The position numbers and the translations under genes were made by a program. From the NCBI GenBank assembly GCA_965219455.1, contig OZ244744.1, forward strand, positions 3,648,001-3,712,000: 64,000 bases of DNA, written 5' to 3'. This DNA comes from Candidatus Latescibacterota bacterium. Its GTDB lineage: Bacteria > Latescibacterota > UBA2968 > GCA-2709665. Shown here in pieces: positions 37,344 through 47,251 of this stretch. A model generated the notes under the pieces. That model made no database searches. It was not told the origin of the DNA and was given only the letters and a program-made list of their open reading frames with translations. The number at the start of each line of letters is the position of its first letter. The stretch's first letter is position 1.

Positions 37344-39367
37344 TGGGACCCGGGCAGCCCGCGAAGGACGTTAAAGAGCGGCGAATCGTGAACGACGGGA
37401 CACAGCCGGAAGGGCGGGTGACGCTTCGGTCGATCGTGATCGGATTGTGTATCGCGATGGCCATGAGCCTGCTGGCGTGTACGGCCCGCTACATTCAGAA
37501 AGGGTCGTACATGATGGTCGCCCAGATTCCCATGGGCGTGCTGCTGCTTAGCCTGGTATCGATTCTGGCCTGCGCCGTCCTTGCCCGGAGGTTCGGGGCT
37601 GCCTTCGTATTGGCGCCATCGGAATGGATCACGGTTTTCAGCATGGGGGTCATCAGCGCCATCGGGCCCAATTACGGGGTCAGCGGGTACCTGGTGGGTA
37701 TGATGGCTTCCCCGTATTATTTCGCGACGCCGGAGAATCGTTGGGCGGAGTATCTCCATCCGCACCTGCCAGGGTGGCTGATCCCCACGAACGATAACAG
37801 GGCGATGTCCTGGTTCTATGAGGGGCTGCCGGGTCGGACATCCGTCCCATGGGATGTCTGGGGCCTGCCGCTGATCTGGTGGCTCTCTTTTGTTTTTGTT
37901 CTGGGCTTCGCCTGTATCTGTCTTTCGGTTCTCCTGCACCGCCAGTGGGCGGACCATGAAAAACTGGTGTATCCGGCGCTGGCTCCGGTACTGGAAATGA
38001 CGTCGCGGGCGGGGACCGGGAGGAGGTGGCTGCCGGAGTTTATGGAGGGCAAGGTGTTCTGGGCGGGATTCGCGCTGACGTCAATCGTCTTCTGGTGGAA
38101 TATGATCGCCTGGTTCTACCCGATGGTCCCCAGCTTTCCCACGGCAACCGGACGCTTTATCTGGGATCTCCTTCCCAAAGAATATCCGCCCTTTTTCGTC
38201 TTTCTGAGCACGCCCGTCATCTGCTTTTCCTATTTTGCCAGCCTCGATGTGCTCTTCAGCATCTGGTTCTTCGATTTCGTGTATATGATCGAAGCGGGCG
38301 CGTTGAATCGCATCGGGATCTCCGCCACGTCCCCCCACTACGGCGCCGGCCCCTATACCACAACGACCTACAAGTGGCAGACGGCCGGAGCCTTTGTATC
38401 TCTTGTCCTCTGGTGGCTCTGGATCTCCCGGCGGCACCTTCAACAGGTCCTGCAAAAGGCGCTTCACCCCAACCGGTCCTCCGTGGACGACGGGCGGGAG
38501 TTGCTCTCCTACCGCGCCGCGCTGATCGGCCTCCTGGCCAGTTGCGTATACGTCGCGGCATTTCTCGGGCGGGTTGGGGTGGAGGCCCGGATGGTCGCGC
38601 TGCTGATTCCCACGATGTTCATTGCCTATCTCTTCGTGGCCAAGGTTGTGGCCGATTCGGGAATCATCTATATCCAGCCGCCCGCTTCCGCCTGGGAGCT
38701 TTCGGGTGCGCTGGTGGGTGGCGCAAAGGCCCTGAATGCCTCCACGCGCGCAACCTACGGCCTGCTGTCATTCACAATCAGCCACCCGAGGAGCTTTACC
38801 ATGCCGCTGGTCGCGCAGATCAATCGCCTGGGCGATTTTGTCGGAAGGGACAAGCGCCGACTTTTCTGGGGGGTGTTCGCGGCATTTGTCGTCGGGGTGG
38901 TCGGTTCCACGTTGTACACGATCTGGCTGGGATACCATATGGGCGCGTACAATTTTCAACCCAACTGGCTGATCATCTACGAAGGCGAGTGGCAGTACGG
39001 GATGACCGTAAACGAGATACTGAACCCGGCGAGGATGGAGGCGATTGACTACTGGTTTCTGCTGATCGGCGCCGGAACGATGGTGATCGTGAATCTGATG
39101 CGCTACCGGTTCGCCAGGTGGCCGGTTCACCCGATCGGGTTTGCGCTGTCCGGCCTCCCGGCGGCACGGCGCATGGGATCCACGCTTCTGGTGGCGTGGC
39201 TGACGAAGCTGATCATGCTAAGGGCGGGCGGGGTGGCGTTCTACCGGCGGTCGATGCCCTTTTTCCTGGGCATGCTGGTCGGGTACATCATCGCCGTGAT
39301 GGCGGGGATGCTGGTGGACGCGATCTGGTTTCCGAATCGGGGGCACGTCGTCCACAAGTGGTATTGA
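37343..39367 (+). CDS. Polytopic membrane protein, DUF6785/DUF6784 family, copy 2
   Basis: Full-length paralogue of 29955-31958 with the same motifs. Confidence 0.8.
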   Translation: MGPGQPAKDVKERRIVNDGTQPEGRVTLRSIVIGLCIAMAMSLLACTARYIQKGSYMMVAQIPMGVLLLSLVSILACAVLARRFGAAFVLAPSEWITVFSMGVISAIGPNYGVSGYLVGMMASPYYFATPENRWAEYLHPHLPGWLIPTNDNRAMSWFYEGLPGRTSVPWDVWGLPLIWWLSFVFVLGFACICLSVLLHRQWADHEKLVYPALAPVLEMTSRAGTGRRWLPEFMEGKVFWAGFALTSIVFWWNMIAWFYPMVPSFPTATGRFIWDLLPKEYPPFFVFLSTPVICFSYFASLDVLFSIWFFDFVYMIEAGALNRIGISATSPHYGAGPYTTTTYKWQTAGAFVSLVLWWLWISRRHLQQVLQKALHPNRSSVDDGRELLSYRAALIGLLASCVYVAAFLGRVGVEARMVALLIPTMFIAYLFVAKVVADSGIIYIQPPASAWELSGALVGGAKALNASTRATYGLLSFTISHPRSFTMPLVAQINRLGDFVGRDKRRLFWGVFAAFVVGVVGSTLYTIWLGYHMGAYNFQPNWLIIYEGEWQYGMTVNEILNPARMEAIDYWFLLIGAGTMVIVNLMRYRFARWPVHPIGFALSGLPAARRMGSTLLVAWLTKLIMLRAGGVAFYRRSMPFFLGMLVGYIIAVMAGMLVDAIWFPNRGHVVHKWY

Positions 39368-39556
39368 TTGCCGGGCCGGTTGGGTTGCTTTAATCGCGGA
39401 AAGCGGATAACGAATCGCCGCGGTAGTTGTTGGCCGTTAAGAAGCTGCCGCTTGGGAAATAACGTTTCGGCAAATATCTGGGTGCAGCTGATCTCCATCT
39501 GGTCTTTGACCGGCGAGCCACAGATGCTTTCGGCCACTCCCGTCGAGAAGAGTCGT

Positions 39557-42460
39557 ATGGCAAAATCGCACGTGAAGAGGAATTCGAGCAAATCCATCGC
39601 CGGATGTTCGGCGCTTTGTTCGCTGTTCGCTCTCTTGATCTTTATGCCTGCACACCGTTTCTTGATGGCTGACTCCAGTGGGCAACAGGACCCACAAGTG
39701 TCCACCTCGATATTGTCCGACGCCCAGGCTCGGCTTCTCGGCGAGGACCACGGCCTGACGGGTCGTGGTGTCACGATTGCAATTCTCGATCGAGGCATCG
39801 ACTGGTCCCATCCAGACTTTATCAGACCTGATGGCACGACTCGGATTCGCTGGCTACTGGATATGACAGGGCAGAATGGGTGCGACCCGAACAATCCGTT
39901 GCCAGTCGAGTACTCCGCGAGTCAAATCAACGATGCGCTTACAGTTGGTGCGGAGATCGATTCTCGAGATGCTGTCGGCCACGGTACGGTCACTGCTGGA
40001 ATTGCCGCAGGCAATGGGAGCGCTTTTGCAGAGGGTAAGTACGCCGGTCTCGCACCTGAAGCCGATCTGATCGTCGTGAAGATAACGTCGGAAGGGGCCC
40101 CGGCCCATGACGGCGAACCGGCGGAAGCACCTTTCAACGGATGCATCAACATCGCCCTGGACTGGCTGGGAACAAAGATGAACCTGCTTGGACAGCCAGC
40201 CGTAGCGTTGATCAACAGTGGAACCCAATTCGGCCCGATCGACGGGACGTCAGCGGTCAGCCGCAAGATCGATGAAATCTTCGGCTCGAATAGGCCCGGA
40301 CGGGTATATGTATCGCCCGCGGGGGATGAGGGTGGTTTGCCAAATCATTCCAGAGCCGACTACGACAACACTGGCGACACAGTCGTATCACTGACCAAGA
40401 AGAGCGGATCTGAGCCGTCGTATCTGTACATTTGGTACACGGGAACTTTGGGCGCGGAGGTTACGGTTGAATTCGCTGAAGGTACCAGAGTCGGGCCGGT
40501 TGGTTCCGGCGAATTTCTGGATGAGTCGGGAATCACGATCATTCAGTACGAGCCGGGGCAGGAGTTCTATCCATGGCAATCCACCGGGGGGGACCGAGCG
40601 GTTTGGATTCGCGTTCAAGGTCATGAGGGTCCAGGATCTGTTCGAGTCCGCGGTGTCGAGCCAGGTTCGGGGCACTTTGATCTCTATGGCGACCAAGGTG
40701 GCGCGAATCTCACTTCGACCTTGACGTTTCACGATCACATCGTTTCCGGACGATTGAACGACTACTCGTCAACGACTTCGGCGATCGTCGTGGGTGCCCA
40801 CGTAGTGCGCCACCAGTACACGGACATTGATGGGATTCCACGAAATCTTTCCTCGGAGGGACTAACGGGGGATCTATATTTCCAGTCTTCCGGTGGACCG
40901 ACCAGGGATGGGCGGCTACCCGGGGTTGACATCACGGCAGCCGGTCACAATACGTTCGCAGCTTTAGCACAAAACTCCTACTGGGCGACCCTGCGCGGCA
41001 ACATGGTTCAGGACGGTGGTGGCTGGTATGTCCGCGGCGGTGCTACCAGTGGCGCAGCACCCATTGTCGTGGGTGCGGTCGCGTTGATGCTCGAACTGAA
41101 GCCGAACCTGACTGCGGAACAGGTCAGGGCCATTTTAAGAGATACGGCCGTGTCGGATACGGCAACCGGTACGACACCGAATCCGGCTTGGGGATTTGGA
41201 AAGCTGAACCTGCCGGCCGCAATAGGCGCAGTTCAAAGGTTGTTAGACATATCTGACGAAGGCGGCTTTGCTCATGCCGCAGACCCCCCGTATAACGGCA
41301 CGGTCTGGATTGACCCGAACATCATCACTTCGTCCGATCCGACCGCGTTCCAGCATATAACGCCAGGAGGAAGGGGAGAGCGGACGATGTACGACAGGCG
41401 AGTTAATGGCAGGATCACGGTCAATGCATTTCTGTTCAACGTACAGTTTGATGATGGGCTGTCCACCGAGATTCAGGTCAATCCAGAGTTCGGCAGTGTA
41501 TCCGCCGCGATGGCGGAGGCGGACAAGTACGGGCGAATAATCGGCCGATTACCGGCCGTTCTTCGAAGCGATGCCGCAACTGTCTGGATTCATATGGGAA
41601 AAAATCCTCTTGGAGGTGGAAATAACAATATTCTCATCCACGTAGATCGCGCCGAAAACTCAAACGAGAGGGGATTTTTGGAAGAGGAATTGGTTCACGA
41701 GGGAGCGCATACGTCACTGGATTCAAGACATTCGAACGCTCCCGGCTGGCTCGCTGCCCAAAAGGATGATGGCAACTATGTTTCCAATTACGCCCGCGAC
41801 CATCCTCAAAGAGAAGACATAGCTGAGTCGTTTCTGTCGTACCTGGCTGTCCGATATCGATCAGCTCGCATCTCGCCATCTTATGAGCAGGCGATATTGG
41901 AGACGATTCCGAATCGGATAGCTTACTTTGACGCTCAATCATTCGACGATGCCATGTATCCGGTCATTGCGGATCTTCGACTTCCCCAGACCTTGAAAAA
42001 GGTCTCCGGCGATAATCAGCAGGGTGCGCCCGGTACCGCGTTGGCCGATCACCTGGTCGTTGAAGTGCGGAATCAGAATGGTACTGTACTTGAAGGTATT
42101 CAGGTCAGGTTTGCCGTCGCGTCTGGTGGCGGGCAACTCTCTGTTGCAACGACGATGACGGATTCGAGCGGTAGAGCAGCGAGCACGCTGACGCTTGGGA
42201 GTAGCCCAGGCACGAACACTGTAGCGGTAACAGTCTCAGGGTCCGATCGGTCTGAGACCTTTTTGGCGGAAGCTCTGGCTACACCCGACTTCGATGGCGA
42301 CGGTACCGTTGGCTTTGCCGACTTTTTGCAGTTTGCAGCACAGTTCGGATTAAGTCAAGGGGATGCGGGGTATGAAGCGCGGTACGATCTGGATGGGGAT
42401 GGGACCATTGGGTTTGGTGATTTTCTGATCTTTGCTGGCAAATTCGGCCTGCCTGTCTGA
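39557..42460 (+). CDS. S8 serine peptidase fused to an HEXXH metallopeptidase-like domain, an Ig-like domain and a dockerin/EF-hand-like tail
   Basis: Triad ILDRGID / GHGTVTAG / GATSGAAP; LVHEGAH...REDIAESF; KVSGDNQQG...; PDFDGDGTVGFADF. Start uncertain (ORF open from 39368). Confidence 0.85.
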   Translation: MAKSHVKRNSSKSIAGCSALCSLFALLIFMPAHRFLMADSSGQQDPQVSTSILSDAQARLLGEDHGLTGRGVTIAILDRGIDWSHPDFIRPDGTTRIRWLLDMTGQNGCDPNNPLPVEYSASQINDALTVGAEIDSRDAVGHGTVTAGIAAGNGSAFAEGKYAGLAPEADLIVVKITSEGAPAHDGEPAEAPFNGCINIALDWLGTKMNLLGQPAVALINSGTQFGPIDGTSAVSRKIDEIFGSNRPGRVYVSPAGDEGGLPNHSRADYDNTGDTVVSLTKKSGSEPSYLYIWYTGTLGAEVTVEFAEGTRVGPVGSGEFLDESGITIIQYEPGQEFYPWQSTGGDRAVWIRVQGHEGPGSVRVRGVEPGSGHFDLYGDQGGANLTSTLTFHDHIVSGRLNDYSSTTSAIVVGAHVVRHQYTDIDGIPRNLSSEGLTGDLYFQSSGGPTRDGRLPGVDITAAGHNTFAALAQNSYWATLRGNMVQDGGGWYVRGGATSGAAPIVVGAVALMLELKPNLTAEQVRAILRDTAVSDTATGTTPNPAWGFGKLNLPAAIGAVQRLLDISDEGGFAHAADPPYNGTVWIDPNIITSSDPTAFQHITPGGRGERTMYDRRVNGRITVNAFLFNVQFDDGLSTEIQVNPEFGSVSAAMAEADKYGRIIGRLPAVLRSDAATVWIHMGKNPLGGGNNNILIHVDRAENSNERGFLEEELVHEGAHTSLDSRHSNAPGWLAAQKDDGNYVSNYARDHPQREDIAESFLSYLAVRYRSARISPSYEQAILETIPNRIAYFDAQSFDDAMYPVIADLRLPQTLKKVSGDNQQGAPGTALADHLVVEVRNQNGTVLEGIQVRFAVASGGGQLSVATTMTDSSGRAASTLTLGSSPGTNTVAVTVSGSDRSETFLAEALATPDFDGDGTVGFADFLQFAAQFGLSQGDAGYEARYDLDGDGTIGFGDFLIFAGKFGLPV

Positions 42461-42799
42461 CGGCGAAGCAGGCCGACCGGCCGAGTTCTCTGCCTGGCCT
42501 GGTTCGGCAGGCAGGTTCTTGGCGGGCAGGAGTGAGGCCTTCCGCGGTAAATTCCAACTCCGAATTGTCGCCGACTCGAACCTATGAATTCGCCTCAAGT
42601 TGGTCTTGACGATGGGGTCCACTTCCGGGGCCTTGTTCATGCACGTGCGACGCCGTCCTCCTTTCTCCTCTCCAAAGGACGATTGTACAACTGCAAGACG
42701 CCCCTCAAATCTGCCATTGGTGCCCAGTGAAAAGTTATCAGTACTGCCATAATATTAAAAGTTTCATAGAGTTATGAAATATATCCTGTTCCGTTGCGC

Positions 42800-42827
42800 T
42801 TGACATAGGTTTACCGGATCCTATATT
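42800..42827 (+). promoter_or_regulatory. Sigma70-type promoter candidate for the DegT operon
   Basis: TTGACA-16 bp-TATATT, preceded by an AT-rich tract. Confidence 0.45.
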
Positions 42828-42940
42828 GAAAAAGGCGCCTGAATGCGGTGGGACACCGTTGCAGCGCGGAAATTCGACAGTTCAGAAAGGAGGCAGGGCG
42901 CATTTTTCTTCCGCCGGAAGGGGGGCCTGCGCCCGATTCT

Positions 42941-44092
42941 ATGGAAATTCGAGACGTGCCCTTCGGGTCGATGGGAGGGGTTTACGAGCAGGACGACGTC
43001 GAGGCGGTCAGCCGGCTGCTCGCGGATATCGCTGAGGAGAACGGGACGTTTTTCCCGCTTCCCGAAGAGAACGATTTTCAGAATGCGTTCGCCGCGCACG
43101 AGGGCGCCCGAAAAGCGATTGCCGTCAATTCCTGCGGTACGGGCCTGGACTGCTGCATGATGGCGCTGGGCATCGGTGAGGGAGACGAGGTGATCACGAC
43201 CCCTCTCACCTTTGTCTGCACGGCCGGGACCGCAATTGCCAGGGGCGCCAGGGTCGTCCTTGCCGATATCGATCCTGTGAGTCTGAATCTGGACCCACAG
43301 AAGGCAAGAGAAAAAATTACGGAGCGCACCCGTGCGATCATTCCGGTGCACTTCGCCGGACTCGCCTGCGACGCCGACGCATTTGACCGGATTTCGGTGG
43401 AAACGGGCGTGCCGGTAATTTACGATGCGGCGCATGCGGTGGGCACCAGGTTCCGGGGCAGCCCGGTTGGCGGCCGGGGAAGGGCCTCGTGTTACAGTTT
43501 TCAAAGCAACAAGAACATGACGTGTCTCGGCGAGGGCGGCGCCGTGACAACGGATGACGAGGAATTCGCGGAGCAGGTCCGGCAGTTGAAGACATTCGGA
43601 TACGTATATGGAGGAAACGGGACACGGGTGGTGCGGGTCGGGTTCAACTACCGGATGACCAAACCCCAATATGCGGTCGGACTCACCCAGTTGGCCAAAA
43701 TAGACCGTGTGATTCAGGATCGACGGCAACGGATGCTCCGTCTCAACGCGCTGCTGGCCGACGTGGAGGAGGTTATCCTTCCCGCCGGTCACGGCCCCGA
43801 TCACGGAAGCCATCTGCACGTGATTCGGCTGGACGCCGATGCGGCGGGGTTCGCCACGGAAGCGTTCGTCGTCCACCTGAAAGATCGATACCGGGTGGCC
43901 ACGGCAAAGCACTATCCGCCGCTGTGGTCCTGGGATGCCCTTCAGGAACTGGGGTACAACGGAGACGGATGTCCGATCGCGGCCAGGGCATGCGAACAGG
44001 TTGTGAGTACGCCGGTGTTCCCGGGGACGACCGGGGAAGAACTGGTTTATATTGCGTGGGCGATCAAGCAGACGATATCGGAACTGCGCTAG
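42941..44092 (+). CDS. DegT/DnrJ/EryC1/StrS family PLP-dependent aminotransferase
   Basis: AVNSCGTGL, GEGDEVITTPLTF, IIPVHFAG, YDAAHA, SFQSNKNMTCLGEGG, GFNYRM. Confidence 0.92.
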   Translation: MEIRDVPFGSMGGVYEQDDVEAVSRLLADIAEENGTFFPLPEENDFQNAFAAHEGARKAIAVNSCGTGLDCCMMALGIGEGDEVITTPLTFVCTAGTAIARGARVVLADIDPVSLNLDPQKAREKITERTRAIIPVHFAGLACDADAFDRISVETGVPVIYDAAHAVGTRFRGSPVGGRGRASCYSFQSNKNMTCLGEGGAVTTDDEEFAEQVRQLKTFGYVYGGNGTRVVRVGFNYRMTKPQYAVGLTQLAKIDRVIQDRRQRMLRLNALLADVEEVILPAGHGPDHGSHLHVIRLDADAAGFATEAFVVHLKDRYRVATAKHYPPLWSWDALQELGYNGDGCPIAARACEQVVSTPVFPGTTGEELVYIAWAIKQTISELR

Positions 44093-44180
44093 CGGGAAGA
44101 TCCAAACAGAACGCAACGGGGGGCCCGCGTGGCGGTAAGGGGATTTCCGGGGCGCCTTGAAATGACGCTCAGGAGGGAAG

Positions 44181-45176
44181 ATGGCTAACGTGAAATGGCT
44201 CCTGGTCGGCGCCGGGGATATCGCCCGAAAGCGGGTGGCCTCGGCCCTGGCAGGCGCCACGGATTCGGAATTGGTGGCGGTCTGCGACATGGTCGAGGAG
44301 AATGCCCGGGCGTTGGCGACCGAATACCACCTGACCGAGGTTTTCTCCGATCTGGACGAGGCGCTGGAGAAGACATCGGCGGACGCGGTCTACGTGGCGA
44401 CGCCCGTGTGGCTGCACGTGCAACATGCGGTTCAGGCCATGGATGCGGATAAGCACGTGCTGGTGGAAAAGCCCCTGGGCGTGACCGGCCAGGAATGTGT
44501 ACGAGCTATTGCAGCGGCCGAGAGAAGTACAAGGGTGGCCGGATGTTCCTATTTTCGGCGGCTTTTCCCCGCCTACCGCCAGGCGCAGGAGATGATTCGG
44601 AACGGCGAATTCGGCCAGGTCGTTCTTGTGCGTATCGTCTACTTTTCCTGGTTCAGCCCGGCCGCGGACGATCCCAAACGCTGGCGTGTCTTCCGCGAGA
44701 GGTCAGGAGGCGGCCCCATCAGTGATATGGGCACGCATATGTTCGACGTGATGATCGGGCTTTTGGGGATGCCGGTGTCCGTGTACGCCAAATGTGAAAA
44801 CCTCGTGCAGAAGTGGGACGTGGAGGACTGCGCGGGTATCGTGATGAAGCTGGGCAGCGGGGCGTTGGCCACGGCGTCGTTCAGCTGGAGTTCAAAAACC
44901 TGGCGGCATGAGTTTGAGATCGTGGGGACCGAGGCCAAGGTATTCTGGCATCCTTACGATTCCGGCGAGGTGGTCAAGACCGTCGGCCGGCAGGTCGATA
45001 CGCTGGACCTGACGCCCGCCGGCAACGTCCACGGTCCGGTCGTCCAGGATTTCGTTGCGGCCGTGCGGGAGGGACGCCAGCCCGTCTGTCCGCTTGAGGA
45101 AGCTGCAAAGACCAATGCGCTGCTGGATGCGATCTATCAGTCCGCCGCGGAGAATCGGGAGGTTGTGTTGGCTTGA
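44181..45176 (+). CDS. Gfo/Idh/MocA family oxidoreductase (canonical EKP type)
   Basis: VGAGDIA, VYVATP..LH, KHVLVEKP, SGGGPISDMGTH; AGGAGG RBS. Confidence 0.92.
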   Translation: MANVKWLLVGAGDIARKRVASALAGATDSELVAVCDMVEENARALATEYHLTEVFSDLDEALEKTSADAVYVATPVWLHVQHAVQAMDADKHVLVEKPLGVTGQECVRAIAAAERSTRVAGCSYFRRLFPAYRQAQEMIRNGEFGQVVLVRIVYFSWFSPAADDPKRWRVFRERSGGGPISDMGTHMFDVMIGLLGMPVSVYAKCENLVQKWDVEDCAGIVMKLGSGALATASFSWSSKTWRHEFEIVGTEAKVFWHPYDSGEVVKTVGRQVDTLDLTPAGNVHGPVVQDFVAAVREGRQPVCPLEEAAKTNALLDAIYQSAAENREVVLA

Positions 45177-45362
45177 GGACGTTTTAATTTATTCCCTCCC
45201 CTCTCCGTGCCGGGGTCGGCGGGACCGCGGGGAGGGGTCGCGCCCTACCCTTGACACTATATCATTAGTACGAATCCCTGAACAAATGGCATGATTGAAC
45301 TTGAATCCGTTTCGCGCAGAAACAGTACTGTAAGACTCTGAACCCATATCCTCTTCACCGCC

Positions 45363-47195
45363 ATGTCCTTGAAAGAGCACATGAAATCGATCCTTGTCGT
45401 CAAGCCGGATGACAACCTCGAGCACGATTTCGCGCCGGAGATCCTCAAGGCTGAAGGTCTGTTTCATTTCGAGGTCCTCACACAGAACGAGGTGGCGCCG
45501 TCTCGCCTGAAGAATGCGGCCGTGGTGTTGACGCTTCGGGGGGCGTTTGGAAAGCGCGCGGCCGGAATCCTTATCGACTACCTGCGAGAAGGCGGGCGGC
45601 TGCTTGCGGTGATGCCGGGCGGAGACCTGGCGGCCAGGCTGGGTGTGGAGCGCCGGGTTGTGGTGTCGACCCAGAAAGTGGATCCCAACAAAGCGGCCGC
45701 CGCGGGGTCCCTGGTAGATGAGCCGGAGGTCGTAACGGATGGACGCGTGGTAGTCCATGCGGCTGCCGGACTCACGGAACCGCCAGAGCCGTTGTACTGC
45801 CCGCAAGACACGGCGCGCGGTATCAGTTGCCGGGGCGAAGAACTGGCCGCGCTGATCGATGACCTGGGCAAGCGCAGCGGCCCGGCCATTGTCCGAAAGC
45901 GCGTCGCACTGGGCCGGGCGTGTGTGTTGGCCTACGACGTCGTGGGCGCGGTCCTGCGGCTGAGGCACGGCACATGGGCGTTGGAGCAGCAGGCGCAGAT
46001 GCTGCCATTGCGAGGCCCGAGGCATATCTTCGGGCTGATCGGGATCGCCGAGCGGCACTCGCGGCAGCACCCGCTGGCCGATATTCACCAGGACCTTTTT
46101 CGGGAGTTGTTGCTGGACCTGCACGACGGCGGCATTGTGCCACGCGTCTGGCACATGCCCGACGCGCGGCGAGTGGCGGTGTTTTTCAAGTCGGACGGGT
46201 GCGGGGAGGAGGGCGCTCCGGTGGGGATGGAACTGGCGGAGCACTACGGGCACAAGCACAATTTCTTCCGGGCGCCCGTGAGCCGGTACGAAGGGAAGCT
46301 GATACGGGAGTGGCAGGATCGGGGCCACTTCATGTCGATCGAGGTGGATATCTTTCCGCTCACGTACAACCGCCTCCTGAAAGAACTGGACGAAGGGGTG
46401 CACGAACGCATGCGCCAGGAGATGGAGGCGCAGGCGAGGCGGTTTACCGATGAAACGGGACTCGCGGTGACCGATATCGTGATCCACGGTTGCCAGTGGA
46501 CGGGGGCCCGGACCGCTTCGATTCTGGTGGACCACGGCTGGCGGATGCCGTTTCATTTCTGCGGGCACGATCCGCGGATGAACCGGTACGACTTCGGTCC
46601 GTTCTCGCTGGCATCGGCCATGCCAATGCGTTATTTCGACCCGGAGGCGGGGCTGCTGGACCTGTTTCTGCAGCCCTGCACGTTCGACGATTCGCAGAGC
46701 ATTACCGAGCCTGGCGTCGGCACGCTGGGGCTCAGCCAGGTAGAGTACGCGGAAGCGGCTGTCCGTTGGGTCGTGGAGTCCCGCGACCGCTGGCACGTGC
46801 CTCAACTCGGAACGTTCCACCCATGTTATCTGATCCGGCCCAAAGGGGATCCGCGCCGCACGTTCGAGGCGGCCAATATTGTATACGCATCGCTGGCGGC
46901 GATGGGCATCGAAACCGGCAGCCTGCAGGAGTGGTCCCGCTTCGTACAGGCGCGAGACGCGTTGGAGGTTGAACTGCTGAGTTCCGGGCCGGAACGGACG
47001 GTTGCCAGGCTCAGGGCCGTTGAGCCGATCGAAGGGTTGACGATGATCGCCGAAGGACCCGGGGAGGTCACGCGCGTGCTTCTGGACGGCCGCGAACAGT
47101 CCCTCAAGACGCTTGAAGTGGAGGGGCGACGATGTTCCGCCGTCGTGTTGTCCCTGAACCGGAACCAGGAAGCGGAACTGGCGTTTCTGGCTTGA
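45363..47195 (+). CDS. Hypothetical protein with possible polysaccharide-deacetylase-like barrel
   Basis: 610-aa ORF in operon; DYLREGGRLL; VWHMPD.RRVAVFFKSDG...RGH...IHGCQW...GTFHP pattern. Fold call is tentative. Confidence 0.7.
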   Translation: MSLKEHMKSILVVKPDDNLEHDFAPEILKAEGLFHFEVLTQNEVAPSRLKNAAVVLTLRGAFGKRAAGILIDYLREGGRLLAVMPGGDLAARLGVERRVVVSTQKVDPNKAAAAGSLVDEPEVVTDGRVVVHAAAGLTEPPEPLYCPQDTARGISCRGEELAALIDDLGKRSGPAIVRKRVALGRACVLAYDVVGAVLRLRHGTWALEQQAQMLPLRGPRHIFGLIGIAERHSRQHPLADIHQDLFRELLLDLHDGGIVPRVWHMPDARRVAVFFKSDGCGEEGAPVGMELAEHYGHKHNFFRAPVSRYEGKLIREWQDRGHFMSIEVDIFPLTYNRLLKELDEGVHERMRQEMEAQARRFTDETGLAVTDIVIHGCQWTGARTASILVDHGWRMPFHFCGHDPRMNRYDFGPFSLASAMPMRYFDPEAGLLDLFLQPCTFDDSQSITEPGVGTLGLSQVEYAEAAVRWVVESRDRWHVPQLGTFHPCYLIRPKGDPRRTFEAANIVYASLAAMGIETGSLQEWSRFVQARDALEVELLSSGPERTVARLRAVEPIEGLTMIAEGPGEVTRVLLDGREQSLKTLEVEGRRCSAVVLSLNRNQEAELAFLA

Positions 47196-47251
47196 TAGGG
47201 GCGACCCGCGGGTTCGGCCCGAGCGTGGGAATTAACGTCTGAGAGAATCCA

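Noticed and set aside
42560-42600. tRNA fragment (GGTTCGAGT on the minus strand)
   Set aside because: The flanking bases do not form a T-stem and no cloverleaf can be drawn.
42350-42640. 96-aa minus-strand ORF with an AAGGAGG upstream
   Set aside because: It overlaps the protease 3' end, the RBS spacing is long and there is no recognisable domain; at most a remnant.
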